A stretch of 63,305 bases of DNA, the filler included, from Folioceros fuciformis (taxonomy: Eukaryota), in NCBI GenBank assembly GCA_049999805.1. It is 13 parts of 13 records of this genome, joined end to end, with 100 filler letters (N's around TTAATTAATTAA, not from the genome) between each part and the next. Parts side by side here need not be neighbours in the genome. Positions count along the whole stretch, not along the records: positions 1 to 5,811 come from JBNGIO010004693.1; positions 5,912 to 14,364 come from JBNGIO010004697.1; 11 more parts are not named here. One strand, 5' to 3'. The notes under the pieces were generated by a model that was given only the letters and a program-made list of their open reading frames with translations, did no database searches and was not told the DNA's origin. Each line of letters starts with the position of its first letter. Position 1 is the stretch's first letter. Below are positions 1 to 10,500 of this stretch, in pieces. The translations under genes were made by a program, and so were the position numbers.

Positions 1-2
1 TG

Positions 3-1553
3 ACTGAGGAGGACAAGTCCGTCGCAGAGCCGGAGGCTAAAAAGAAGAAGCTGGTTTCGGAAGATGCGGAGGCCAAAAAGAAGAAGGCGGGGAAGGCTGG
101 AAATGGTGTAGAGAAGAAGGTTTCCCCTCCTCCTGTCAAAGCTCCGACCAGGAAAGAGCGCAAGGCAGCTGAAAAGGCGCGAAACGTGAAGGAGGCGGAA
201 AAGGAGAAGGTGAAGGAGAAAGACAATCCTAAGGTGGTGGACAAGGATGTAACGGCTGTGCCAGAGAAGAAGACTGGTAAGTCGAAGAAACAAGCTTTGG
301 AGGTTGAGGCAGCCAAAGCTGAGGAGTCACTGAAGTTGACTCCACCTCAGAAGAATGTTACAGGGGAACCGCCTGCCAAGACAAAGAATAATACGCACTG
401 GAGTTACAAAGATGAGTTGCTCCTTTCGTCCGAGATCCTAGCTCACATGAAACCTGGGCAGAAAGTTACAGGGAGTAGGGGGGATACGTTTTTTTTGCAG
501 CTGACCAAGGATCTAGAAGGGAAGCTCGAAGGACCGTGGGGCAAGGAGCAGGTTTCTGATAAAGTCCGTCGGATGAAGGCTAGGACTCAATTTCTTGAGA
601 AGAGTCTTCAAGATAAAAGCTCGGTGCCTAGGTTCAAGAATGAAAGAGAAGATAAGTTGTACAACGTCTACTGGAAGAAGATTTGGGGTAGTACACCTGA
701 GCCTCCCCCTTCTACGCCCGAAAAGGTTCCTGTATCCGTGAATGAGTCAGAGGATGAATCTGAGGAAGATGAAGTTACTGTGGTGAAAGTTCAGGACGGT
801 AAGGCCGCTGTGTCAGTGGGTAGCGAGACTAGCTCGCAGGATTCCAAGGGCAAGAAGGACGAGGCGGAGGAGGAGGGGCAGGAGGAAGAGCAGGAGACGA
901 AGACTGTGGTTGAGAATGTTGAGGATGATAGCCAGAATTCTTTGCCCTCTCATGGTGACATCCAGACTGCACAAAATGGTGTCCTGGCAGATAGTCTGGC
1001 ACTGGTTGTGGAGGAACAGAGACCACGAGCAATTACTGAGAATGAAGATGGCAAGGGTGTGGCCAGTACAGTTAGGGGACCTGATGATATGGATGTGGAC
1101 CAGGAAACAGCGACCGAAGCACACCACCATGGGCATGCTGCTAACAAGCAGGCTGAAGTAACATACAGCCGTGTCCTAGCTTCGCTTGCTAGTCTGGAGA
1201 AGCAGGTTGCATCAACGCAACAGGATCAGGAGAGGATTCTGTCTCTTCTAGAGGGTGTGAAAGCGCAGCAGAATGCACTCGTCTCCGCGATTGATGGTCT
1301 TGCTGCACGGGTTCCTTTTGTCAACATGCCGATGTTTAGTCCTAATATTGGATTATTGGGACGAGCATCGATTCCTCCCAATGGTTTGTATGGTAGGGAT
1401 GGGGTAGAGCATTCGAAGTTTCAGCAACAGTGGAGGCAACTGGACATGGATGAACTTGGCTGTGTAGCTAGAAGATGTGACCTATTATTGCAAGAGCAGC
1501 ATAAATTGAGCGAAGAGGAACTTCAGCGTCTTCGGAGCAAGTTCCAGAGCTGA
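3..1553 (+). CDS. GeBP/STOREKEEPER-like (DUF573) transcription factor, 5'-truncated by the window edge
   Basis: The frame is open from nt 3 (TEEDKSVAEPEAKKKK...) to TGA 1551-1553; the listed start at 186 is a GTG. GeBP-like core WSYKDELLL...FFLQLTKDL...EQVSDKVRRMKAR...FKNEREDKLYNVYWKKIWG; C-terminal QQWRQLDMDELGCVARRCDLLLQEQ helix; K/E-rich N-terminus. Confidence 0.75.
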   Translation, partial: TEEDKSVAEPEAKKKKLVSEDAEAKKKKAGKAGNGVEKKVSPPPVKAPTRKERKAAEKARNVKEAEKEKVKEKDNPKVVDKDVTAVPEKKTGKSKKQALEVEAAKAEESLKLTPPQKNVTGEPPAKTKNNTHWSYKDELLLSSEILAHMKPGQKVTGSRGDTFFLQLTKDLEGKLEGPWGKEQVSDKVRRMKARTQFLEKSLQDKSSVPRFKNEREDKLYNVYWKKIWGSTPEPPPSTPEKVPVSVNESEDESEEDEVTVVKVQDGKAAVSVGSETSSQDSKGKKDEAEEEGQEEEQETKTVVENVEDDSQNSLPSHGDIQTAQNGVLADSLALVVEEQRPRAITENEDGKGVASTVRGPDDMDVDQETATEAHHHGHAANKQAEVTYSRVLASLASLEKQVASTQQDQERILSLLEGVKAQQNALVSAIDGLAARVPFVNMPMFSPNIGLLGRASIPPNGLYGRDGVEHSKFQQQWRQLDMDELGCVARRCDLLLQEQHKLSEEELQRLRSKFQS

Positions 1554-2100
1554 GCTGTGAAAAATGACTGCTTCTTTAATGGTGATCCTGCATGTACTGT
1601 TGCCCTTCCTCTCATACCCGTTGTAACGTCCAGGCTGCCAGAGCTTCTTCTGGCCATAGGTCACTCCCACGTCAGTACCCGGAACTACTTGGCCATGTGC
1701 CTGTCCCCTCCTGTATTCTACAGGTTATGGTTCACAAAATTTTGTTTTCTTAAGTATGGTAAACGCGGCACTGGCATAGTAATTTGCATGCCGCTAAGTG
1801 AAGCTATTTTCCTGCCAATTCTTCAACTTCCTTCTCTTACTGCGTGGTTCCGGCTGGGAGCTGGTTCTCCTATGCACACTCCGTGCTAGATGTGTGAAAC
1901 AAATTTTGGACACACTATGTCCATGTCAAGTGGTCAGAGCAAACCCTGTCGACAGGCGATAGAAGACGACAATCGGTAGGTGACGCGTAATACAGTATAC
2001 AATCAAAAATTTTCATATTACAAAGGCGCTGGAGGTGCATTTTTATTCCATCAGTGTTTGTCAACTCCCATGCGTTCGCAGATGATCATTCTTCTCCTAA

Positions 2101-4878
2101 CTAGAAGGAGCCGCTGCGTGCGACATGTTCTAACCACCCAGCCACATCAGACATGCCTGGCCGCTCTATTGAGGCTGCTCTCACACAGAGTTCCGCGATT
2201 TCTGCTATTCTCAGCAGGGCCTCGACACTCTTTGGTAGCTCCAAACTGCGGTCCAGTATAGCGACAGTTTTTCCCTGCTGGATACAAGGCACTGCCCATT
2301 CCACGATATGACCAGGTTGAAACTCTGAGTCATACACCTTTCTTCCACTAACTATCTCCAGAAGAACTACTCCGAAACTGTACACATCACTTTTATCAGT
2401 GAATGTCTGCGTTTGAAGATACTCCGGATCCAAGTAGCCCATCTCACTCAGTTGTGGAGTGGAAGCTAGAGCTGCTTTCTCCATCCCTGAAAGACTCAAG
2501 CCGAAATCTGCAACACGAGCTCCCCATTCCCCATCCAGCAAGATGTTAGAGGATTTAATATCCTTGTGCACAATTCGCGGTGAGGCGTCTTTATGCAGGT
2601 ACTCTATTCCTCGAGCCGATTGTGTTGCAATCTTCACGCGCAATCCCCAACTCAAAACGGAAAGACCACCGTGAAGATGATCATGCAGAGTTCCATGAGG
2701 CATGAACTCATAGACCAACAATCGCTCCCCCATCTCCTCACAGTAGCCCAGCAGATTAACCAGATTGGCATGATGCAGCTTACAGAGGATTTCTAACTCA
2801 GCTTCGAAGTCTCTGCTGTTGCTCTGTATCCTTCGAGCAGCATTCGCCCTCTTCACTGCCACCTGCCGCCCGTCTGCAAGAGTAGCTCTGTATACAAATC
2901 CATAATTCCCCCTGCCTAGTTCGTTGACCTCTTTGAATCCATTTGTGGCATCCCGCAGTTCTGTTAGCCTAAAAGCTTGAGTCCTTATAACCATTTCATG
3001 CGTGTTACGGCGACCAGGACCACTGCTTCCAAGGGAAGAAGACAAACTTGAAGACGTGTGCACTAGCCCATTCTGCCCAGTCATTTCTGAGTCAGAACCA
3101 CAGGCAAACATCAAGTACCTCCCTCTGCGCCTAACCATGAGACAACATGACACTGCAGCACCGACGAAAAATACAAAAAGCCCGCCACCGGTGGCAACTC
3201 CGATGATGACACCCATGCTTGTTGTGGTTGCCTTGCCGCCCTTCACAGACGCGAAGCCATTGGCTGCTTGAGGTTGGCCTGTGAGACTTGCATGTGGGTC
3301 TGGACTGAAAGCAGGAGCAGGTCCTCCAGTTTTACAAGCACTTTGGCATCCTTGATTTTGACATTGCGAACAAGGAGCGCACTGTAAGTCGGCGTCAGCG
3401 GTGCAGCTCATAGACACATAGTTGCCCTTAGGACAACCCTGGGCACACGGGGAGCAGATTCTTTGTGAGGGGTCAGTGCACACACTTGCAGGTACTCCAA
3501 TCGCACTTGCATTGTAGTAGAATTCTCCAGCCCTGCAGGAATCTGTACCACATATACCTGGGCTGAAAAGCTGCAAGGGTGCTGCGTAGCCTGTGCCATT
3601 ACCCCAGCATGATACAAGGAGGTTTGTTTCGCTGACTGCACAGCTTACTTGACCTCCAGTGATGGCTAGATATCCAGAACCCACAGAAACATTGAATACC
3701 GTGTCTCCCCAACACTGCACTTCATGTGTATCAACCCTAATCCCACAAGTACCAGCAAATCCCCCGGCCAAAGCAGCAAATTGGACAAGTGGAGGCCCAG
3801 CCTGTCCTGTGCTGTTGTCGCCCCAGCACTTCACCAGTTGAGTGTCGTTAATGATACCGCATACGTGGTTCATACCTGAGGAAAGGCTTTGAAAGATATC
3901 ACGTGGAGGATGATTCAACAGACCACCCCAGCAGAAAGCTGTGCCGTCGACTTTTGAGGTGCCGCATGTGAAATTTTTTCCCGCAACAACAGAGGTGGCA
4001 GGAGTGGAGGGAGGAGATGACTCTCCTGAGAAGTTAGAGCCCCAGCAGTCAATTTTTCCAGGCGCTGGAGCCGACTCACCGTGCACCGCACAAACATGGG
4101 TATGTCCCACTGCAATAGATGAGTACGGGACGCCCATGTACTGGGGAGGAACAACATTCAGACCAGTATTGTTACCTGACCAGCAATAGGGCTGATAAGA
4201 GTTGGCCTGCAGTCCACAAACCGTCCCAAGACCTCCAGACAGGCCCGCAAATCCTATGTTCTCCGGGCCGTCAAATTGTCCCTGAGGGCTACTAGCATTC
4301 CGCCCCCAGCATGTAACTTTCTGCTGATCACTGGCCTTAATTGCACACACGAAACCCGGATCTCCGTACGAAGCCGCAACCGTGGTCATATAACCCAGGC
4401 ATTCTGTTCTCAGAGGAACGGTTGCAAGTAGCCCCAGAGTGATGAGAAGCAATCGAGTGGCAGACAAGATGGGAATGCTGGATTTCGGCGGCTCTCGCTG
4501 CGTGGAATGGCACAAGTCATAAGTCCTATGACAATGTGACCAAGCTTTCCTGCCATGATCGCTAATTGACAGCAGAATGCGCGGCCAGGACCTCCTTTTC
4601 CTTGGCTGCCTTGTGCGGTAACCTGCTAACATATGTGCTTCAGACAGCCACGGTGAAGGCGATGGCAAGCCGGTGGCCGCACCATGATCTGCTTCAGAGG
4701 CAAGGAGACTGCGAAGAAAGTCCAGCAGCAGAAGCACAAAGGTAGCGATCTCCTTCCTGGCAATTGCATAACAGCTCAGAACCATAAGTGCCTGTCCCCA
4801 GGCGTCCGCTCCAACTCCCAGTCCCGGCTGCCCTAGTAGATCTGCGTGCGGCCAGTTCCACAGCAGACCAACTGCCAT
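2101..4878 (-). CDS. CRINKLY4-related receptor-like kinase, CCR1/CCR2 type (crinkly repeats, TNFR-like Cys-rich region, TM, kinase); intronless
   Basis: About seven crinkly repeats (VCAI...VTCWG, HVCGI...VKCWG); Cys-rich ICSPCAQGCPKGNYVSMSCTADADLQCAPC; TM GVIIGVATGGGLFVFFVGAAVSCCLMV; kinase start FRLTELRDATNGFKEVNELGRGNYGFVY...VAVKRANAA characteristic of CCR1/2. True start uncertain (4878 or the downstream Met near 4632). Confidence 0.9.
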   Translation of the reverse strand: MAVGLLWNWPHADLLGQPGLGVGADAWGQALMVLSCYAIARKEIATFVLLLLDFLRSLLASEADHGAATGLPSPSPWLSEAHMLAGYRTRQPRKRRSWPRILLSISDHGRKAWSHCHRTYDLCHSTQREPPKSSIPILSATRLLLITLGLLATVPLRTECLGYMTTVAASYGDPGFVCAIKASDQQKVTCWGRNASSPQGQFDGPENIGFAGLSGGLGTVCGLQANSYQPYCWSGNNTGLNVVPPQYMGVPYSSIAVGHTHVCAVHGESAPAPGKIDCWGSNFSGESSPPSTPATSVVAGKNFTCGTSKVDGTAFCWGGLLNHPPRDIFQSLSSGMNHVCGIINDTQLVKCWGDNSTGQAGPPLVQFAALAGGFAGTCGIRVDTHEVQCWGDTVFNVSVGSGYLAITGGQVSCAVSETNLLVSCWGNGTGYAAPLQLFSPGICGTDSCRAGEFYYNASAIGVPASVCTDPSQRICSPCAQGCPKGNYVSMSCTADADLQCAPCSQCQNQGCQSACKTGGPAPAFSPDPHASLTGQPQAANGFASVKGGKATTTSMGVIIGVATGGGLFVFFVGAAVSCCLMVRRRGRYLMFACGSDSEMTGQNGLVHTSSSLSSSLGSSGPGRRNTHEMVIRTQAFRLTELRDATNGFKEVNELGRGNYGFVYRATLADGRQVAVKRANAARRIQSNSRDFEAELEILCKLHHANLVNLLGYCEEMGERLLVYEFMPHGTLHDHLHGGLSVLSWGLRVKIATQSARGIEYLHKDASPRIVHKDIKSSNILLDGEWGARVADFGLSLSGMEKAALASTPQLSEMGYLDPEYLQTQTFTDKSDVYSFGVVLLEIVSGRKVYDSEFQPGHIVEWAVPCIQQGKTVAILDRSLELPKSVEALLRIAEIAELCVRAASIERPGMSDVAGWLEHVARSGSF

Positions 4879-5811
4879 TAACCGATGGGCGATCAGGAAG
4901 AGATCCGCGTGCGCACCGAGGAGCCAGCTTCGAGTGGCCGCGGAGAAGCTGCGTGCTCCGCATCAGACCAGAAACCAAGTCCGGTTGCCACTCCCAGGAT
5001 CTCACACCAGCAACCTGCGACGGAGGAGAAGTGGCGGATTCGGCATCTGAAGCATCGCAGGAACATGCCATGAGAAGCGTAACCAAACAAGCGCGTAAAA
5101 TATTGCATGACAAGCTAGGAAAGAGGAAGCCATGGCAGAAGTAGGACGCAGTATCAGGATTCTCACCACCATTCTTGCCTGCCTGCGGCTGCCCACGCAG
5201 CTGCCGACCCGCGGCATGTGAGCAAGGCAGCGAGACCGGACATTGCGAGCTGCTGCCGGGTCGTAGCGCGGCCCTGACGCTTTACATGGTGAGGTAGTCT
5301 GAAGGCTCCGGATCCTCCCCGCGGATGCTGCGGGAGGAGCAAGACCTGCTGGAGCGGATCCCCTCGCCCCTCTCCCTCTCCAAGAATTGGAAGGTGCAGG
5401 AAATGCGAATGCTCCCCAGGCTCCTGCTCCGGCCCAGGAAACCGACGGTGCGGGCAGAAAATGGCGTCGTCTTTCCCTGCGGGTATCCAGGTCGGGATTC
5501 AGTCATTCCCGTCCCCTCTGCGCCGCACCTGTAGAGCAGAGATGCGAGGCAGAGAGGGCTGGAGGCGGGGTCCGACTAAGAAAGAGGAGGGCCGGAATTC
5601 CAAGTGCAGCAGCCAGGGCGTGCACCATGGCCGGGGCCGCAAGAGAAAGCAGCCGAAGTCGAGCGCATGGACATGTCGGAAGCGAAGGGCGTGGGTAAAT
5701 TTGGGGAAGCGGCCGCAGTCACGCAGCGGTACGAGGAGCAGGAAGAGGCGGAGGAGGCGCAGGCCACGGCAAGAAGCAAGAAGCGTAGGTGGAACGAGCC
5801 AGGTGTTGGGG

Positions 5812-5911
5812 NNNNNNNNNNNNNNNNNNNNNNNNNNNNNNNNNNNNNNNNNNNNTTAATTAATTAANNNNNNNNNNNNNNNNNNNNNNNNNNNNNNNNN
5901 NNNNNNNNNNN
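5812..5911. other. Artificial scaffold-joining linker N44-TTAATTAATTAA-N44 (stops in all six frames); first of twelve
   Basis: Identical linkers at 5812-5911, 14365-14464, 16506-16605, 18841-18940, 23835-23934, 25512-25611, 27652-27751, 42621-42720, 48050-48149, 50622-50721, 56692-56791, 61277-61376. Plain 100-N gaps at 19202, 20146, 23126, 29163, 32092 and 35534. Confidence 0.98.
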
Positions 5912-6111
5912 TAGGCTATTAAAATAATATTTCTCAAGTTAGAGAGAGGTGAAGTCAGAGAGAGAGAGAGATAGGCTCCTATAAGATCAGGTGAGCCTGT
6001 AGGAGGAGGGAGTCATTCACTTTTGGGAGCCAGTCTATCTCTTTGTGAGCTCTTGGAGGTCCTCTCTTCATGAGCTCTTGTGGTCTGTCCCTGCTTGGTT
6101 TAGGACCTGTA

Positions 6112-6274
6112 GTGTGTTGCCGGCTGTGCAACGTCTGGTAGGATCGCAAGTCGTGTGTTGCCGGCTGTACAGTGTCTGGTAGGATCGCAGGCAGCGTGTT
6201 GCCGGCTGTACAGTGTCTGGTAGGATCGCGGGCAGCGTGTTGCCGGTTGTGTAGTGTCTGGTAGGATCACAAGG
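6112..6274. repeat. Tandem repeat, 4 x 41 bp, in LTR-like sequence
   Basis: Unit GTGTTGCCGGCTGTACAGTGTCTGGTAGGATCGCAGGCAGC starting at 6114, 6155, 6196 and 6237. Confidence 0.9.
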
Positions 6275-7592
6275 TGTAATGACCAGGGTGAAGGGGCTTG
6301 CCCCTAGCTCTTGATTGTAAAGGGTGTGTCTTTCTCTCAACCTGTCCACTCTGGTTCCTTGCTTGGTCAAGTGTTGTAGGCCGGCCATGTCTCATGGTGT
6401 CTGGTAAGGTTGTAGGGGGGGAGATACCCAAGAGGGGAGTGTGTTCCCTTCTTCCTTTTGTTTGGGGTTAGTTTAGTGACTCTTGCCGGGTAGGAGGAGT
6501 CAGTAGGGAAGTGTAGAAGGTAGTGGTGTCGTTGCTGGTGGCTGGTAGTTGCTGGTGTTGGTGCTGGAGTGAGAGAGTGAGTGAAGTGTGTGAGAGAAGT
6601 CGCAGATCTGAGATGTTAGAGTCGTTGTAGTGACTGGAGTGAGTTTGTGGGCACCGAGAGAGGTGCAGCTGACCGCCGGACAGCGAGGCCTGTCCTACGC
6701 CTGATCGGAGCTGGAGGGGAGCCCTCAAATCCGTCATCGAGTCGATCAAGTCCGACCCTCCATCCACAGCAGCAAGGAACCCCATCGCTCCTTCGTGGGA
6801 ACGAAACCCAATGTCTCAACGACAGTGGGATAAGTGTGGCCACTAAAGGTGGGACCCGTCGGCAATCAGTGCCCTGGGTTTTGCCTCCACAACACACTAC
6901 GCAAGGGAATGGATACTAGCAGAAAAATACTCCCCTAGGCAGTGGCCCTTGCACATGAAGATTTGTGAGCATTACCTGACAGACATAGATTCGCCCAAGA
7001 TAGAAGAGCAGAGAATGAAGATGGATGTGGCCAAGGCTAGGCTCAAAGCTATGGTACCAGCTGGATTCAAAGTGAGACTTGAGAACACGCCTCCAGAGGT
7101 GTCCTTTTGCAAAGCCAACAAAAGGGAAACATGGGAGGATCTCTCGTTAAGAATATGAGAAATTGATGAACTCTGCCTTGCCTAAAGAAGAAGGAGAGCT
7201 ACATTACTACTATGCATACAGAATCAGTTCTGACAGTGTGGCTGAAAAACTGAAAGAGTAGGAACAAAATCTTCTACTATGAGCTACCAAGATGAGTGGT
7301 GATAGTAGCAAGTCTCCCTCTGGAGCTGGAGTAGGAGCAAAGGGGAGTTATGACGACTTTGACGAAGAAGGGCAGGCGCTTACATGTGAGTGACTCCTTC
7401 ATCCACCTTGCCACTCCATTTACCTATTAGTCTCACCGTGCTTGACTAATGTCCTTACCTCCTTGTCATGTGGTTTGCAGCAATGCTGGAAGAGCTGAAA
7501 AAGGCGGAAGAACTGCTGTAGACCTTGAAGAGGAAGATCAAGGAGAAAAGCTATCACCTGAATATATGAAGCATGTTGTGAGAATAGCTAGT

Positions 7593-10500
7593 CTAGTGTG
7601 TTGTGCCTGGCTTATGTGAGGTAGAAGCCAAGCCAAGCCCTACTGCGGTAGTGTGTTTTGAATGCAAAATCTTGGGCAAGGCCTTTGTAAGCAAGTCTGC
7701 AATGTTATCACCAGTTGGAATGTATCTCACCTCAACCTCACCTGTATCAGCAACTTGCCTAATGAAGTGGTGTGTAATTTCAATGTGTTTTGACCAAGCA
7801 TGAAAAATGGGATTCTTAGAGAGGACTATCGCCGACTGATTATCACACCATAATCTGGTGGCTCCCGTTGGCAACTACTGCAAACCCTTGAGGAATGATC
7901 GGATCCAAATAACCTCTCTCGCTGCTTGGGATAAAGCCCCGTACTTGGCTTCAGTTGAAGATAAGCAGATGGTCGTGAGCTTCTTGCTGGACCAAGAGAC
8001 TACATAACCCCCAAGCAGATTACAATATGCAGCTATACTCCTTCGACTATCGGGATCCCCAGCCCAATCTGCGTCACAATAAGATGTAAGCCACAGGCCA
8101 GCAGATTGCTTAGTGTACTTCAAGCCATATCTTGGTGTCCCTTTCAAGTAGCAAAAAATCCTCTTGACAGCTATCCAGTGTACTTCTCCCGGGTTCTCCA
8201 ACAACTGTGACACGTTGCTAACGGCCTTGGAAATGTCCAAACGCATCCAGGCAGCAAGGTAAATAAGGCTACTGACTGCCTGCCTGTATGGGCGTGATGA
8301 CATGATATCCTTTTCTTCTTGTGTGGAGGGGCACTGCTCCTTCGAGAGTTTCTCACCTGTGGACATAGGTGTAGACATAGGACGAGCGTCAGCCATGTTA
8401 AAACGTTGCAATAGCTGATAGACAAAATGCTCCTGATGGATCTCTACAGTATGCCTATCATCAGAGAACTGGAACCATACACCCAGAGAAAAAGTAAGCT
8501 GCCCTAGGTCTGTCATATGAAAGCGAGACAGCAAAACACTCTTACTCTTGGCCATCAAAGTTGTTGAGGTACTAAACAAGAAATTATCATCAACATATAC
8601 TGATAAAATTAGGAAATCCTCTCCATCCCATAATATGTATACACTGCTATCTGCATCAAGGCACATGAACCCCAACTCAATAAGTAAAACATGAAATGTT
8701 TCGTTCAAGGCCTTGCTAGATTCTTTGAGTCCATATAAAGTCTTGAGCAGTAATCACACTTTGTCCATATCAACTTGGAAACCTTCCGACTAAGACATAT
8801 AAATCTCTTCCTCAAGTGAGCCATTAAGGAAGGCTGTTTTAACATCTAAGTGGTGGACAAAAAGGCCATAGTGCGCTGCCAAAGATAACAGTATCCTAAT
8901 TGAGGTGGACTTCACCACTGGAGCAAAAGCCTCATTATAATCCAGACCAACTACTTGGCTAAATCCTTTAGCAACAAGTCTTGCCTTGTATCGCCCTACG
9001 TTGCCATCAGTGTTAAGCTTCTTTTTAAAAACCCATTTGCAAGAGACTGGCTTACGACCCTTAGGCAAATCGACTAGCTTCCAAGTACTGTTAGCCATAA
9101 GAGAATTGTATTCAGAGTCTATGGCTTCTTTCTAGTACTCAGCTTCAGGGCTAATAATAGCTTCTAGGTATGTGACTGGCTCGAAAGTATCAAAGTTAGG
9201 TGTAGGAGGTATGGAGGAAGCTATGCCAGCAACAAATGGAAGCTCAGACCAATCATGTCTAGGAGGCCTATGACGGGATGACCTACAAAGGATAGGAAGG
9301 TCTATAGGTTTGGCAGAAAGAACGGGGTCCGATTTAGAAATAAGGTCAACACTAGGGTCAACAACGGAGTCTGTAACAACTGATTCAGTCACTGGGATGT
9401 GAACTTCTACAGGTTCAACAACAAGAAGAGGGAACAACTCATCTGGTGTTTGTGATGAAGAAGGTAAAGGTAACCCAGATGGAGACGACTATGTGCTCCC
9501 CCGTGAAGCTGAAGAAGATGAAGTCACAGTGGGATCTTCAAAGTCAAAGATAGAGACGTCAGTATCCTGGTCAGCAGCAAAATTGGCCTCATCATCAACA
9601 CCATGAATGGAAACATGGCTAGGCAAGGAAGATGGCGACAACAAGCTATCATGCCGGCGTAACAAAGCATGCTCATGAAAAATGACACTGCGGGAATATG
9701 ACAACTGTCTTGTGCTGGGATCAAAAAGTTTATATCCCTTAACATCATCAGCATATCCAACAAAAATGCGGCGAACTGCCTTGGGGTCCAGCTTGCTACG
9801 CAGTTGAGAAGGAACCAAAGCATATGCAGGGCTGCCAAATATCCGCAAGTGAGTGATATGCGGTTTCTTGCCTGTCCAACGTTCATACGAAGTAATGAGA
9901 CCAAGCTCCTTAGTGGGCAGTCGATTTTGGACATAGTTGGTAGCTGTAAGGGCTTCTGCCCAATATCCACAAGGGAGCCCAACAAAGGATAAACTCGAAA
10001 GAGTATCTTCTTGAAGAGTCCTATTCTTACACTCCACAAAAGAGTTTTGTGCTGGTGTGTAGGAAACTATGAATTGGTGAAGTACTCCCTCAACAGCATA
10101 GAAAGCAGAAAAAGCATGGTTGGTGTATTCACCGCCAATGTCATGATCTTGAGCTTGCTACCAATCTGCCATTGAGCCATGTTGAAGTAAACTTGGAAAC
10201 AAGAAAAAACTTCACTCTGCTGATGCAGAACATAAATTGTATAGTATCGACCCCATTCATCAATGAATATGAGAAAATAAGAAGCACCACCAAAGGATGC
10301 TGTGGACATGGGTCCACAAATGTCACTGTGAACTGTATGCAAAAGACAAGGGGCTCTAGAGAGGTTCTGATCTCAAAAGGGTTGTGAAATGGCTTTGCTA
10401 AGCTGACAGGAATCACAAAAGGCTTGGTTGTCAAAGGGAAAAGATAGTTGATCTCGAAAGACACTATTGTTCACCAAAGTAGACAGACGCTGGAAGTTTA

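Noticed and set aside
5856-5867. TTAATTAATTAA as a recurring biological motif
   Set aside because: It always sits centrally in N44 pads, so it is an assembly linker.
6837-6855. PBS-like TGGCCACTAAAGGTGGGA and possible solo LTRs at about 6411-6921 and 46401-46863
   Set aside because: No match to a tRNA 3' end I can name, no TSDs and no second copy in the window.
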